Source of the DNA: Squalus acanthias
Taxonomy: Eukaryota
Direction of reading: 5' to 3'
DNA length: 64,000 bases
Assembly: GCA_030390025.1 (NCBI GenBank)
Contig: CM059425.1
Span: forward strand, 164,364,001-164,428,000
A program made the translations under genes and the position numbers. Of the stretch, positions 13,470 to 24,528 are shown piece after piece. The first letter of the stretch is position 1; each line of letters begins with the position of its first letter. The notes beneath the pieces are model-generated. The model ran no database searches. It was not told where the DNA came from and saw nothing but the letters and a program-made list of their open reading frames with translations.

Positions 13470-14705
13470 AGAGGAGGATGAGGAAGAGCAGGAGGAGGAA
13501 TGTAGGGAAGTGCAGCTGATAAGGCATCATAGGAAGTAGTTGAGTGTACAGACCCTGACGTTCGGGGGGATTTTAATTGAGAACAATGTTCACCAGTATC
13601 CCCCTGATGTCCTCTATTTGAGGCCTGGGCTATTTTAACTGCTGGGTCTCATGTACATCCCACTGGCGACAGCTGCCCGCTGGCACTCAGGTAAGTCATG
13701 GAGGGGAGAGCACACCTACTCTTCCTGCCCCCACAGTGGAAAGTTTAACACTTACCTTACAGTGTCTCTTCTTTCTGCTGACCAGTTTTCACAGTAGGGC
13801 AGCCGCCATGGCTGGCTCCCTGCTCAGCCAGGGGTTGTCCTAATGACATCATAGGACCCGATATGTATGTATTAATGAGGCTCGTGCCTGAGTCAGGAAG
13901 GCGCGCCTGCCACCTAATTAAAGGACCCAGTTAAGGTGGCGACGGATGGAAATAAGGCGGTAAGTTTTCGGAGATGATTTTAACTGTGTGGCCATCCCAT
14001 TCCTGCCAGATGTTGTGGATTAATATTACCCCCTCATTTCATGATCTCAGTCAGGAGATCTGCGTGAGGAGGCTGGGCTACACCAGAGAAGCATTGGAAA
14101 AGTTATGGCTCCTGTTGCAGCCATCCTCCACCATGCAGACTGTACTTATAGGCCCAGATTCTCCATCGCATTCGGGTGGGATTGTGGCGGAGAATGATGA
14201 AAAATTTGGGTGGTGAGGCCCATTTCTGCCTTATTGCCCTGGCTAGGATCTCCTTACCCCTGCTCCCGCCAGAGCCGCTGCTTTCCACACCCAAATGCAA
14301 ATGGTGGCCGAGGTGAGGGGTCTGGCTCCCTGGTGCAGTTCCCTCCCATCCATCCTACATACTGCTGCAGCCATGTGGAAGGTGGTAGTTGGCCCTACAA
14401 AATGACAGTAATGGCCCAGGATTCCCAGAGGACCTTGTAGCGACCTCTTTTCCAATTTTTACAGGGCTCCTGCCCATTTATCTGCCCGCTGCCTCTTCTA
14501 GTGCTGAGACAGTAGTTCTGCTGCAGCATCGCTGTGATTTCACAGCCCTGTATTGGTGGGCTCGCTATTGGTTGAGGGAATCCCGCTGGGAGCCTGCCAT
14601 GCAAGGGTGATGAATCGAAACTGGGTCAGAGTTCTGGCCGTGTCGGAATGGCAGATGGAAGTCCTGCCCTGCTAGAACCTCGCTGCTGGAAGGAAAATCC
14701 TGGCC
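13470..14705. mobile_element. Decayed Harbinger transposase N-terminus split by a MITE (about 13564-14033) and followed by another MITE (about 14151-14705)
   Basis: VYRP*RS / FHDLSQEICVRRLGYTREALEKL on either side of the GGGGG..CCCC-ended insert; second TIR GGCCCAGATTCTCC / GGAAAATCCTGGCC. Confidence 0.5.
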
Positions 14706-14863
14706 GCAGTCTCCGAATGTAACTACTGCTCTCTCTTTTTCTGCTATAGGTTCTGTTCAGGGTACAACAGGGAAGTTGACTCACATCAGTTAGTTTTCTA
14801 TGCATACTGGTGTTCATCAGATAACTGATGCACTGTTAAGCAAGGGTGATCATCATTAATTTT

Positions 14864-14967
14864 CATGATGCGGAGATGCCGGTGTTGGACTGGGGTGGAC
14901 AAAAATGAGAAGTCGCACAACACCAGGTTATAGTCTATAACCTGGTGTTGTGCGACTTCTCATTTTT
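14864..14967. mobile_element. Minimal Penelope type 1 terminal insertion forming a 33-bp hairpin
   Basis: Arms 14901-14933 and 14935-14967 perfectly inverted; TSD atcattaatttt at 14852-14863 and 14968-14979. Confidence 0.85.
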
Positions 14968-16674
14968 ATCATTAATTTTGGCATGCTGTCCCCAGCAGTG
15001 TCATAAGAGGGTGATCCATTTTTAACATATGGCTGGCTTTTTTACTGACACCAACTGTATCTTGGGAATATGTCTAGTTTGTACCCGAACGATCTTCTCT
15101 TTGAAGGCCTTTCATTGTTCATTTACTGTTTTCCCTGCCTATCTTTGATTCCAATCCACCTGGGCCAGATCCCCCCCTCCAGTTGAGTATTTTCACATTT
15201 GATTGTTCCTTGTCCTTTTCCATAACTACTCTAAACCTAATGATATTGTGATCACTGTTTCCTAAATGCTCCCCGCTGAAACATACTCCACTTTCCCCAC
15301 TTCATTCCCTCGAACCAGACCCAGCACTGCTTCCTTCCTCAGTGGAAACACACTGATCAAGAAAGTTCACTTGTACACATTTCATGAACTTCTCCCCCCC
15401 CCACCCCCTTTGCCCTTTACATTGTTACTATTTCAGTCTATATTTGGATAACTGAAGTCCTCCATTATCACTATTCTATAGTTCTTGCATTTTTCTTAAA
15501 TTTGCCTGAAAATTTGCTTCTCTATCTCCTTTCCACTATTTGGTGGCTTATAGTATACACCCAGCAGCATAATAGCTCCTCTGTTGTTGCTTAACTCTAC
15601 CCAAATAGATTCTGTCTTTGAACCCTCAAGTATGTCATCCCTTTCTAGTGCTGTAACAGTATCTTTGATCAACACTGCCATCACCCCTTCCTTTTTTCCT
15701 TCCCTATCTTTCCTGAATACTTTGTAGCCAGGAATATTGGGCCGGATTTTCCAACCTCCACGGGTGCGTACGAGCTGTGTACACACCCGCAGGGACATCG
15801 CAAGTGCCGGTTTCAGGCATGCGAAGCGCATGTGCTAAAACCCGGCACTTCCGATCTGTCAAGAATCCTCTTGACAGATCATCCGCCTGGGGCCTCCGCG
15901 GGCAGGGAGTTCCGCTTTCTGCAGAACCGCCGCCCGCTGAAAACCTTTTTCAGGCCTGCTTTTACCAGCATAAGAGTTTAAAGAAATAAAAAAATATTTT
16001 TTTTTCACTCATTTATAATTTAAAAATACTTTAAAAAAGGTTTTAGCCCTGTAAAAAAAACTTTGGCCCAGAAATTCGAGTCTCCGGCTTGCCGCAGGGG
16101 TAAGGATCGCGCCCGCTCTTACCTACCGCGCCTGCCGTTGTGTTTTGGGCCCACGGGAACTTCGGGTCCTGGGCCTCTCCCAACTGCAGTGCTTGCGTGT
16201 CCCAGGGGCGCAGTTAGTGCGATGCAACCCCTGGGATCACGTGGGCCATGGAGAGCCAATGGCAGCAGACCATCTTTCATTCATAGATTTGACAGGAGAC
16301 CTGTCAAATCTGTGAATTGAAATCGGCCCCAAAAGAACAGCTAAACTTAAAATAAATTTTAAAAAAAACCATCACATTTATAAAATAACTATAGTTAAAT
16401 AAATTAACCACTTTAAACAAAAATTTAAATTTTTGAAAAAATTAAAATACTTTTTAAAAGTGATAAAATTAAACTTACCTTTCTTTAAAGTATCTAAAAA
16501 AGATAAATCTGTTGAAAAAAATTTACAATTATACTTAATTAACCACTTACCTTGTTCAAAAGGGGTCTTACGCCTCCTTTTTATTATGATGTGGAGATGC
16601 CGGCGTTGGACTGGGGTGGACAAAAATGAGAAGTCGCACAACACCAGGTTATAGTCCAACAGATTTATTTAATT

Positions 16675-16712
16675 TTACAAGCTTTCGGAGCTATCGCTCC
16701 TTCTTCAGGTAA
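16675..16712 (-). ncRNA. Minimal type I hammerhead ribozyme motif (Penelope type)
   Basis: Minus strand: TTAC CTGAAGA A GGAGC-GATA-GCTCC GAAA GCTT GTAA (core, stem II, palindromic stem III region, stem I TTAC/GTAA). Confidence 0.72.
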
Positions 16713-17217
16713 GTTAGCAATGAGAGAATCTCCCAGAATTCACAATTTAAACCCAGACAAAATCTATTCACATTATTCGCTACAACAAAGAGCACAGCCA
16801 AGACAATGAGATGTGTCCCAGGGGGTTCAGCGTGTCAAACCACCTGCTGGCTGCATATCCTGTCAATTTGTGTTCTTGTGTTTTTAAAAAAAAAAAAAAA
16901 ACACCTGGGAAGACCGGCCATGATGTCAAGTCACGTTCTGTATCGTGACATGAACCCGATATCGCGATATCGGGTTCATGTCACGATACAGAACGTGACT
17001 TGACATCATGGCCGGTCTTCCCAGGTGTTTTTTTTTTTTTTTTTAAAAACACAAGAACACAAATTGACAGGATATGCAGCCAGCAGGTGGTTTGACACGC
17101 TGGACCCTCTGGGACACATCTCATTGTCTTGGCTGTGCTCTTTGTTGTAGCGAATAATGTGAATAGATTTTGTCTGGGTTTAAATTGTGAATTCTGGGAG
17201 ATTCTCTCATTGCTAAC

Positions 17218-17255
17218 TTACCTGACGAAGGAGCGATAGCTCCGAAAGCTTGTAA
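17218..17255 (+). ncRNA. Minimal type I hammerhead ribozyme motif (Penelope type)
   Basis: TTAC CTGACGA A GGAGC-GATA-GCTCC GAAA GCTT GTAA. Confidence 0.75.
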
Positions 17256-18436
17256 AATTAAATAAATCTGTTGGACTATAACCTGGTGTTGTGCGACTTC
17301 TCATTTTTGTCCTTTTTATTAGCGTAGTATCTTCAATACTTACCCTCGCGTAGAAACCTGAAAAAAAATCTAAGTTTGCTGCGTGTGCGCAGCCTCTACC
17401 GCGCACGCGGTTCACCTAGGAACCGCCCCCTTCACCATACCGGAAGTTCCGGTTTCCCGCGCATGCGCAGTGCATGCAGGAAACCGGCATTTCGGGAAGC
17501 AATACGGGTGAGTACGGACTGTGTACTCACCCGGGAAGGGCCGAATTTTTGGGCCATGAATTATTTTTTCTAAAAATTAAATTTTTGTTTAATGTAATTT
17601 TAACTAATTTTAAATACGTGATTTAAAAAAAAAAATATTTTATGTTTAACTGTTTTTAAATGTGATTCCCATTCATACTTTTGACAGATCTGTGCATAGA
17701 GACCTGTCAAAAGTGTGAAGGGGGATTCCCTTCTTTGATTGGTTCCCCATGGCCCACGTGATCCCAGGGACGCTGGTGAACTGCCTGCGCCCCTGGGATA
17801 CCTGGGCCTCTGCGCGCGCGCCAGGAGAGGCCCAGGAGCGGAAGTGTCAGGACCTACGGAGCCAGCAGGTAAGTGCGTAGATTTTTCCCGAACGGAGGCA
17901 TCCGCACGCAGGAAAATCCGGCCCATTAATTTCTCAATCCCACCTTGTTTGAGCCAGGTCTCTGTTATTGCCACTATATCATAATCCCATGTGGCAATTT
18001 GTGCCTGACTTAAAGCTGTCCATATATTTACATCCACAACACTTCTCAAGGGGGGTATCACATTCTCAAAGTTTTTTTGTTTGTGTTGCAAAACTATGAT
18101 TTCAAAGTTTCAGTGCCGACTAGCCACGGAAATAGGCTATATCAAATTACAATAAGTAGACTTCTATTTATAGTCTGTGACTTTGAAGTTTCAGGAGGTT
18201 CGTCCAATTTCTTGCTGTAACTTTGGTGGAAGATTGGCGGAAATCCTGCAAAACCAGTGTAAGTGGCTATTTTTAGCCATTTACACCGTTTCTCCAGGGG
18301 TTCTGCGATCTTCTGTTAGAGACCCTTTGTAAAACATTCCAGATGTATGTTTGGAGTGGCATATTTATTATTTTATGCATTTGTCGAGGATAGAGAAATA
18401 AATATCGGTGGGGAGGGTGCACGGGAGACTGAAAAT

Positions 18437-18893
18437 GGCCAAAGAGGTAGGTTTTAAGGAGCGTCTTAAGGGAGGAAAGAGAGGTAGAGAGGTGGAAAGG
18501 TTTAGGGAGGGAATTCCAGAGCTTAGGGCCTTGGCAGCTGAAGGCATGGCTGCCAATGGTGGAGCGATTTAAATCGGGGATGCGCAACAGGACAGAAATG
18601 GAGGAGCGTAGATATCTCTGAGGGTTTTGGGCTGAAGGAATTTGAAAACAAGGATGAGAATTTTAAATTCGAGGCGTTGCTTAACCGGGAGCCAGTGTAG
18701 GTCAGCGAGCACAGGGCTGATGGGTGAATGGGACTTGTCCCGAATTAGGACACGGGCAGAGAAGTTTGGATGACCTCAAGTTTACGGCGGGTAGAATGTG
18801 GGAGGCCGGGCAGGGGCGCGTTGGAATAGATGAGGGTTTCAGCAGCAGATGAGCTGAGGCAAGGGCAGAGTTGGGCGATGTTACAAAGGTGGA
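18437..18893 (-). mobile_element. L2-clade LINE 3' fragment
   Basis: RSTIGSHAFSCQGPKLWNSLP...LKTYLF, typical L2 ORF2 C-terminus; overlaps in sequence with 58467-58686. Confidence 0.75.
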
Positions 18894-20579
18894 ACACCGG
18901 AAGTGCGGCAACCAGGAGCAGCCTGTCACCTCTTAGTTCCCCTTCAACATTGGTATAGACTGTTAATGGTTGCAGTGTCTTTGACCCTTTTTACGGGCAT
19001 AAAACCGACACAATGAGGGCCAGTTTCAGGGACCAATGTCCTACATCCCAAGGACGCCTGACAAATGTCCAACCCGATATTTGGACGGACCACTTTGCAG
19101 ACGTCCGAGGCAGTTGCCTAAAACAGGCTTTAGGCCCCTCATTAGCATATGCAATGGCCCTCTGGGAAATTGGGCTGCTCTGAGCGGAGCAGGTGCTCCT
19201 CCTCTACTCGGGTTTTGCAACATCGGTGCAGCCTTGCAAGTGGCCGCCATCAAAAAGGTAAGTAAACAAACACAAGTTTTGATCTGAAGCCAGGCTCTGC
19301 AGCACTGCTGATGGCTGCTGGCGATCCCTCCCTCACGCCGGGACTTAGCTGATGTCGCTGCTGAAATTTGTTCCTGCACAAGTGTCAGCTGCCTGTGGAG
19401 GCGTGACACACACCAGCAATTCGCCCAACTTATTTAGATGAGGGCCAATTTCAGACCAACCTGAGGCCTCCTGGTTCGAGGGTGTGTTGTGGCTGCATCC
19501 GTCTGAAACCGGGCACCGACAAATTTCTACCCTGCTGTTTCTTAACCAGACCAATTGTTATCCATCCAGTTTTGATCAAGACAATCTGCTTTTTGAGTGT
19601 CTATCCAGAGACACAAATGTTTAAAATAAAAGTACTTTTTATCTTAACTTCTGTAGCTTATGATTTTGAACCATTTGTTATTGAGGTTTCCAATCAATTT
19701 TCACAAGCAGGAAAATAATTATCAATACCCAAGTCATGATTTTACCATCTGACTTGAATACCACCCCTTCTTACCCTCTGTCCAGTTCCAACTTGGCAAA
19801 AAATGATTTACGCTGAGGTGATTTAACCAGTTGTCCCAATTTGTTGGTTTAGAGGATTCGTCACAAAATTCTAAATTTGACTAAAATTCAGATCATTTGT
19901 TGTTTTCATGTCTTGTCTCGCATTTCCTGCTATTACAGCAGCTGATATTTAGTTGGAGCCATTGCAGCAGTTGCAGGCTATACCTAGTACTCATTTAGAA
20001 ATGGTGGCAATGTAGTTGTTTGGAGAGGCTCATGTGTCTTTCTGATTTAAGGAAGCATACAAACTAGACCTGGGTTATTAGGGGCTGAATGTTATACAAA
20101 AAAAAATGGTTCCTTTGCAGCAACAATGATAAGTTGTTTTTAAAGTGTTAGCATTGTAGCAGACAAATTGTCTGCAAGTGTTATTTATTTTACCACTGAA
20201 ATGCAATGTTTTTGCATCCAGTTGAGTGTTTGCACTTTTCAGTCATTGGCTGTTTCAGGTATATTTTGCAGACGACACAAAACTTGGAAGTATAGTGAAC
20301 AGTGAGGAGGAGAGTGATAGACTTCAGGAAGACATAGACAGGCTGGTGAAATGGGCGGATACGTGGCAAATTAAATTTAATGCAGAAAAGTGTGAAGTGA
20401 TACATTTTGGTAGAAAGAATGAGGAGAGAACATATAAACTAAATGGTACAATCCTGAAGGGGGTGCACGAACAGAGAGACCTGGGGGTATGTGTGCACAA
20501 ATCGCTAAAGGTGGCAGAGCAGGTTGAGAAAGCAGTTAAAAAGGTTTTAGGGATCCTGGGCTTCATAAGTAGAGGTATT

Positions 20580-22537
20580 GGCCCAAAAATTCGTGAGGAA
20601 GCCTTCGTGCGAGGGTAAGGCTTCCCCGCGATCTCTCTCTGCTTTTTCGCACGAACTTGATGTTCTGGACAGCTGCTGTGCTGGGCTTGCGTATCCCACA
20701 GGCGTAGTTAATTCGTGCGAGCTGTGGGATCACGTGACTCAGTTAGAGCCAATGGCAGCACACCATCTTCCATTCATAACTTTCACGTAAGTGCTGTGAA
20801 AGCTATGAATACTATAGCCCCCCAAAAGAACAGCTAAACCTCAATTAAATTAAAAAAAACCATCACATTAATAAAATAAGTATAGTTAAATAAATTAACC
20901 ATTTTAAATAAAAAATTAAATTTTTGAAAAAATTTAAAATTTTAAAAAGTTATAAAAATAAACTTACCTGTCTTTAAAGTCTCTAAAAAAGATATACCTG
21001 TTAAAAAAAATTCAAAATAATACTTAATTCACTACTTACCTTGTTAAAAGTGGATAGAGGATTGGCTATCTAACAGAAAGCAAAGAGTTGGGATAAATGG
21101 TTCATTCTCAGACTGGCAATCAGTAACTAGTGGTGTTCCACAGGGGTCAGTGCTGGGTCCCCAACTCTTCACAATCTATATTAACGATTTGGAGGAAGGG
21201 ACCAAGTGTAACATATCAAAATTTGCAGATGATACAAAGATGGGAGGGAAAGTAGTGAGTGAGGAGGACATAAAAAACCTGCAAGGGGACATAGACAGGC
21301 TAAGTAAGTGGGCAGAGATTTGGCAGATGGAATACAACACTGGAAAGTGTGAGGTGATGCACTTTGGCAGGAAAAATCCTAGAGCAATTTATTATCTTAA
21401 TGGCAAGAAACTGGAGAGTACTGAAGTGCAAAGGGATCTGGGGGTCCTGGTGCACGAAACTCAAAAGGTTAGTATGCAGGTGCAGCAAGTGATTAAGAAG
21501 GCAAATGGAATGTTGGCTTTCATTGCTAGGGGGATAGAATATAAAAATAGGGAGGTATTGCTTCAGTTGTACAAGGTATTGGTGAGACCGCACCTGGAAT
21601 ACTGCATACAGTTTTGGTGTCCTTACTTAAGGAAAGACATCCTTGCTCTCGAGGCAGTGCAAAAAAGGTTCACTCGGTTAATCCCGGGGATGAGGGGGTG
21701 GTCATATGAGGAGAGGTTGGGTAGATTGGGACTCTACTCATTGGAGTTCAGAAGAATGAGAGGCGATCTTATTGAAACATATAAGATTGTGAAGGGGTTG
21801 GATCGGGTGGATGCGGGGAGTATGTTCCCGATGACGGGTGAGACGAGAACTAGGGGACATAGTCTTAGAATAAGGGGCTGCTCTTTCAAAACTGAGATGA
21901 GGAGGAACTACTTCACTCAGAGGGTGGTAGGTCCATGGAATATGCTGCCACAAAAAGCTGTAGAAGCTACAACATTAATTAAATTTAAAACAGAAATAGA
22001 CAGTTTCCTAGAAGTAAAGGGCATTAAGGGTTACGGGGAGCGGGCAGGAATTTGGACATGAGTCCAGGTTCGGATCGGTCATGGCCCTGTGGGTAGTGGA
22101 GCGGGCCCAGGGACTGTGTAGCCTGATTCTGCTCCTATTTCGTGTGTGCAATTCTGTTAGATGCAGGAGATGGTTCTGTGATAGATAGTAGATTGGCGGT
22201 TAGGATCAGATCAGCCATGATCTTATTGAATGGGGAGCAGGCTCGAGGGGCCGATTGGCCTACTCCTGCTCCTATTTCTTATGTTCTTATGTTCTTACTC
22301 CTCCTTTTTTTATGTGTAAAATCTTCCATACTTACCTGCGCGTTGAAACCACTAAGTGCACTGCATGCGCGCAGCCTGTAGTGGGCACGCGGTTCACCTA
22401 GGAACCGTCCCCTTTTCCATTCACCAAGTGCCGGTTTTCAGCGCATGCGCAGTGCATGCAAAAAACTGGCAATTGGAGACAGAATACGCGAGAGTATGCA
22501 GTGCGTACTCTCGCGTATCAACACAAATTTTTGGGCC
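20580..22537. mobile_element. Harbinger-like MITE (B-related) containing a CR1 insertion
   Basis: TIR GGCCCAAAAATT / AATTTTTGGGCC; uninterrupted relative in opposite orientation at 59241-59967. Confidence 0.85.
21051..22292 (+). mobile_element. Young CR1 family A insertion, 5'-truncated, with an uninterrupted ORF2 C-terminal part
   Basis: ORF 21150-22061 (303 aa, FADD); ttcttatgttcttatg tail. Confidence 0.93.
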
Positions 22538-23346
22538 ATAGAGTACAAAAATGTGGAAATTATGATGAACCTGTATAAAACACTGGTTCAGCCCCAACTG
22601 GAGTACTGTGTCCAATTCTGGGCACCACACTTTAGGAAGGATGTGAAGGTCTTAGAGAAGGTGCAGAAAAGATTTATGAGAATGATTCCAGGAATGAGGG
22701 ACTTCAGTTAGGTTGATAGACTGGAGAAGCTGGGGTTGTTCTCCTTGGAGCAGAGAAGATTAAAAGGAGATTTGATAGAGGTGTTCAAAATCATGAGGGG
22801 TCTGGACAGAGTAGATAGAGGGAAACTGTTCCCATTGGCAGAAGGGTCGAGAACCAGAGGACACAGATTTAAGGTGATTGGCAAAAGAACCAAAGGTGAC
22901 GTAAGAAAAATCTTTTTTACGCAACGAGTGGTTAAGATCTGGAATGCACTTCCTGAAAGGGTGGTGGAGGCAGACTCGATCACGGCTTTCAAAAGGGAGT
23001 TGGATAAGTACCTGAAGGAAAAAAAAATTCAGGACTACGGGGAAAGGGCGGGGGAGTGGGACTAGCTAAAGTGCTCTTGCAGAGAGCCGGCACAGGCTCA
23101 ATGTGCCGTGCTGTAACCATTCTGTGATTCTATGATTTGTGTAACTCCTCAAATTCACACAATCGTCCTAATAATTATATATTCCTTTGTTGTGAATTTA
23201 TATTATTGTGGAAAACTATTGAAGTCTGCTGAAAATTGAAGTCTGACTCGTGCTTTCCACCATCATTATATGCAGTAACACTCAGAATATAACTCCAGGA
23301 ACATACTGATTTTCAAAACTAATTTTCATTTTTTTCCCTGTTCTAG

Positions 23347-23391
23347 CCATCAGAAAAATTAGGATCGGCAACATCAGTAGATTCAAGCAAG
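23347..23391 (+). CDS. CAST: CAST N-terminal (L-domain-like) exon, PSEKLGSATSVDSSK
   Basis: ttttttccctgttctag acceptor, AAG|gtagga donor, 45 nt, phase 0-0, open. Confidence 0.7.
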
Positions 23392-23728
23392 GTAGGAACA
23401 TTCTGCAATAATTGCATAGACATAATTTAAATTGTTGCAACATCTTGTTATAAAACGTTAGCTCTAATCAGCATCTTCTTTCTAAAAGAAAACATTTACC
23501 TGTCAAGGGCCAGAGCAGAAAATTACCCCTGTCGACTTTATTTCACACACATTCTTTGCAATGTATTTGGGTTCAGCAATACTTCCTATTTCCCCATATC
23601 TGACACGTGCTCGTGTTTTTTTAATAAAGCGATTTCTTCTGGCGATTATGTAAATATTTTGTATTGCGGCTTCAGTAATTGCTATCTATATATATCTTAA
23701 TGTCAAAATGTTTACATTCTTTCATAAG

Positions 23729-23785
23729 GGTAAACCCACTGTCAAAATGGATGCTGCTGGCAGCAAAATAACCCAGCCAGCTAAG
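23729..23785 (+). CDS. CAST: CAST L-domain-like exon, GKPTVKMDAAGSKITQPAK
   Basis: ttctttcataag acceptor, AAG|gtaaaa donor, 57 nt, phase 0-0. Confidence 0.7.
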
Positions 23786-24528
23786 GTAAAACGTCCATCT
23801 GTTTTATGTCATGAAACCATTGAAAGTTCAAAGCTATACAAGCATCATATTGAAAGTGATCTAAAAAATGATCATAAACAATGTACTGATGGTTTATTGA
23901 AACTGAAAGTTTTCTTCAGTGTTCTGCATCAATGCTAATACCACTTCTAAATACAATGTTTTTGGACCCAATGTGGCAAAAATAGGATATTTTCTTTTTG
24001 GTTTTAAATAGTTTAAAATTGAAGGTTACTCCTTGACTGCATTCAGGAATTAGCTAAGATCATGGCTATCTCTTTTGGTAGGGGAGGAGGCAGCGTGTTT
24101 CAAATGTTAATCTTTAGCTGCTGCTCACCAGCAACGTTTGGCAAACTGATTGTTCCAACTTCAAACTGTTCCAAACAGTTCATTAGCACATTTATTCAAG
24201 GTTCTTTCAAAGGCGATAATTTTTCTTCAACAGTGTGAAATTTTGAATTCTGTCATAGTTAACAATTTTTTGTAGAAAGTTTAAGATTTCATGACAGACA
24301 GAAATATATATGTATTTACCATGGTATAATGTAGTCCAATATGTAATGTGTCAAGTTAGTCTGGTTGAGAAGTATAAAAGTCACAGGGAGAAGACACGAA
24401 ATCCCAAGTCATCATCCCATTGTTTACTGAGATGTTAAGACAGTTAAAATTTTATTTTCTAAAGATAATCTTAAAAGCAATTGCTTCTAAATTAAATTAA
24501 TCCAGTGCATAAGTGTTACAGTCGATGA

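Larger units (their letters stand above)
16587..17312. mobile_element. Non-autonomous Penelope-derived (type 1 pLTR) insertion forming a spacerless ~695-bp palindrome
   Basis: 16618-16964 is the reverse complement of 16965-17312; extra ~31-nt tail on the left only; flanking direct repeat cctttttatta; homology to the 3' end of the Penelope at 60793-61050. Confidence 0.88.
16065..17555. mobile_element. Harbinger-like MITE B nested in MITE A
   Basis: TIR GGCCCAGAAATTCG / CGAATTTTTGGGCC; close relative at 33262-33788. Confidence 0.85.
15739..17924. mobile_element. Harbinger-like MITE A (outer)
   Basis: Perfect 14-bp TIR GGGCCGGATTTTCC / GGAAAATCCGGCCC, 3-bp TSD att. Confidence 0.85.
15050..18010 (-). 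mobile_element. Decayed CR1 family A endonuclease region, split by nested insertions at 15739-17924
   Basis: AQIATWDYDIVAITETWLKQG (17925-18010) continues as NIPGYKVFRKDREGKK...ESIWVEL (below 15738). Confidence 0.85.
20262..23136 (+). mobile_element. CR1 family A, 5'-truncated, split by MITE 20580-22537
   Basis: FADDTKLG...FISRG continues after the MITE as IEYKNVEIMMNLYKTLV; 3' tail near 23065-23136. Confidence 0.88.
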
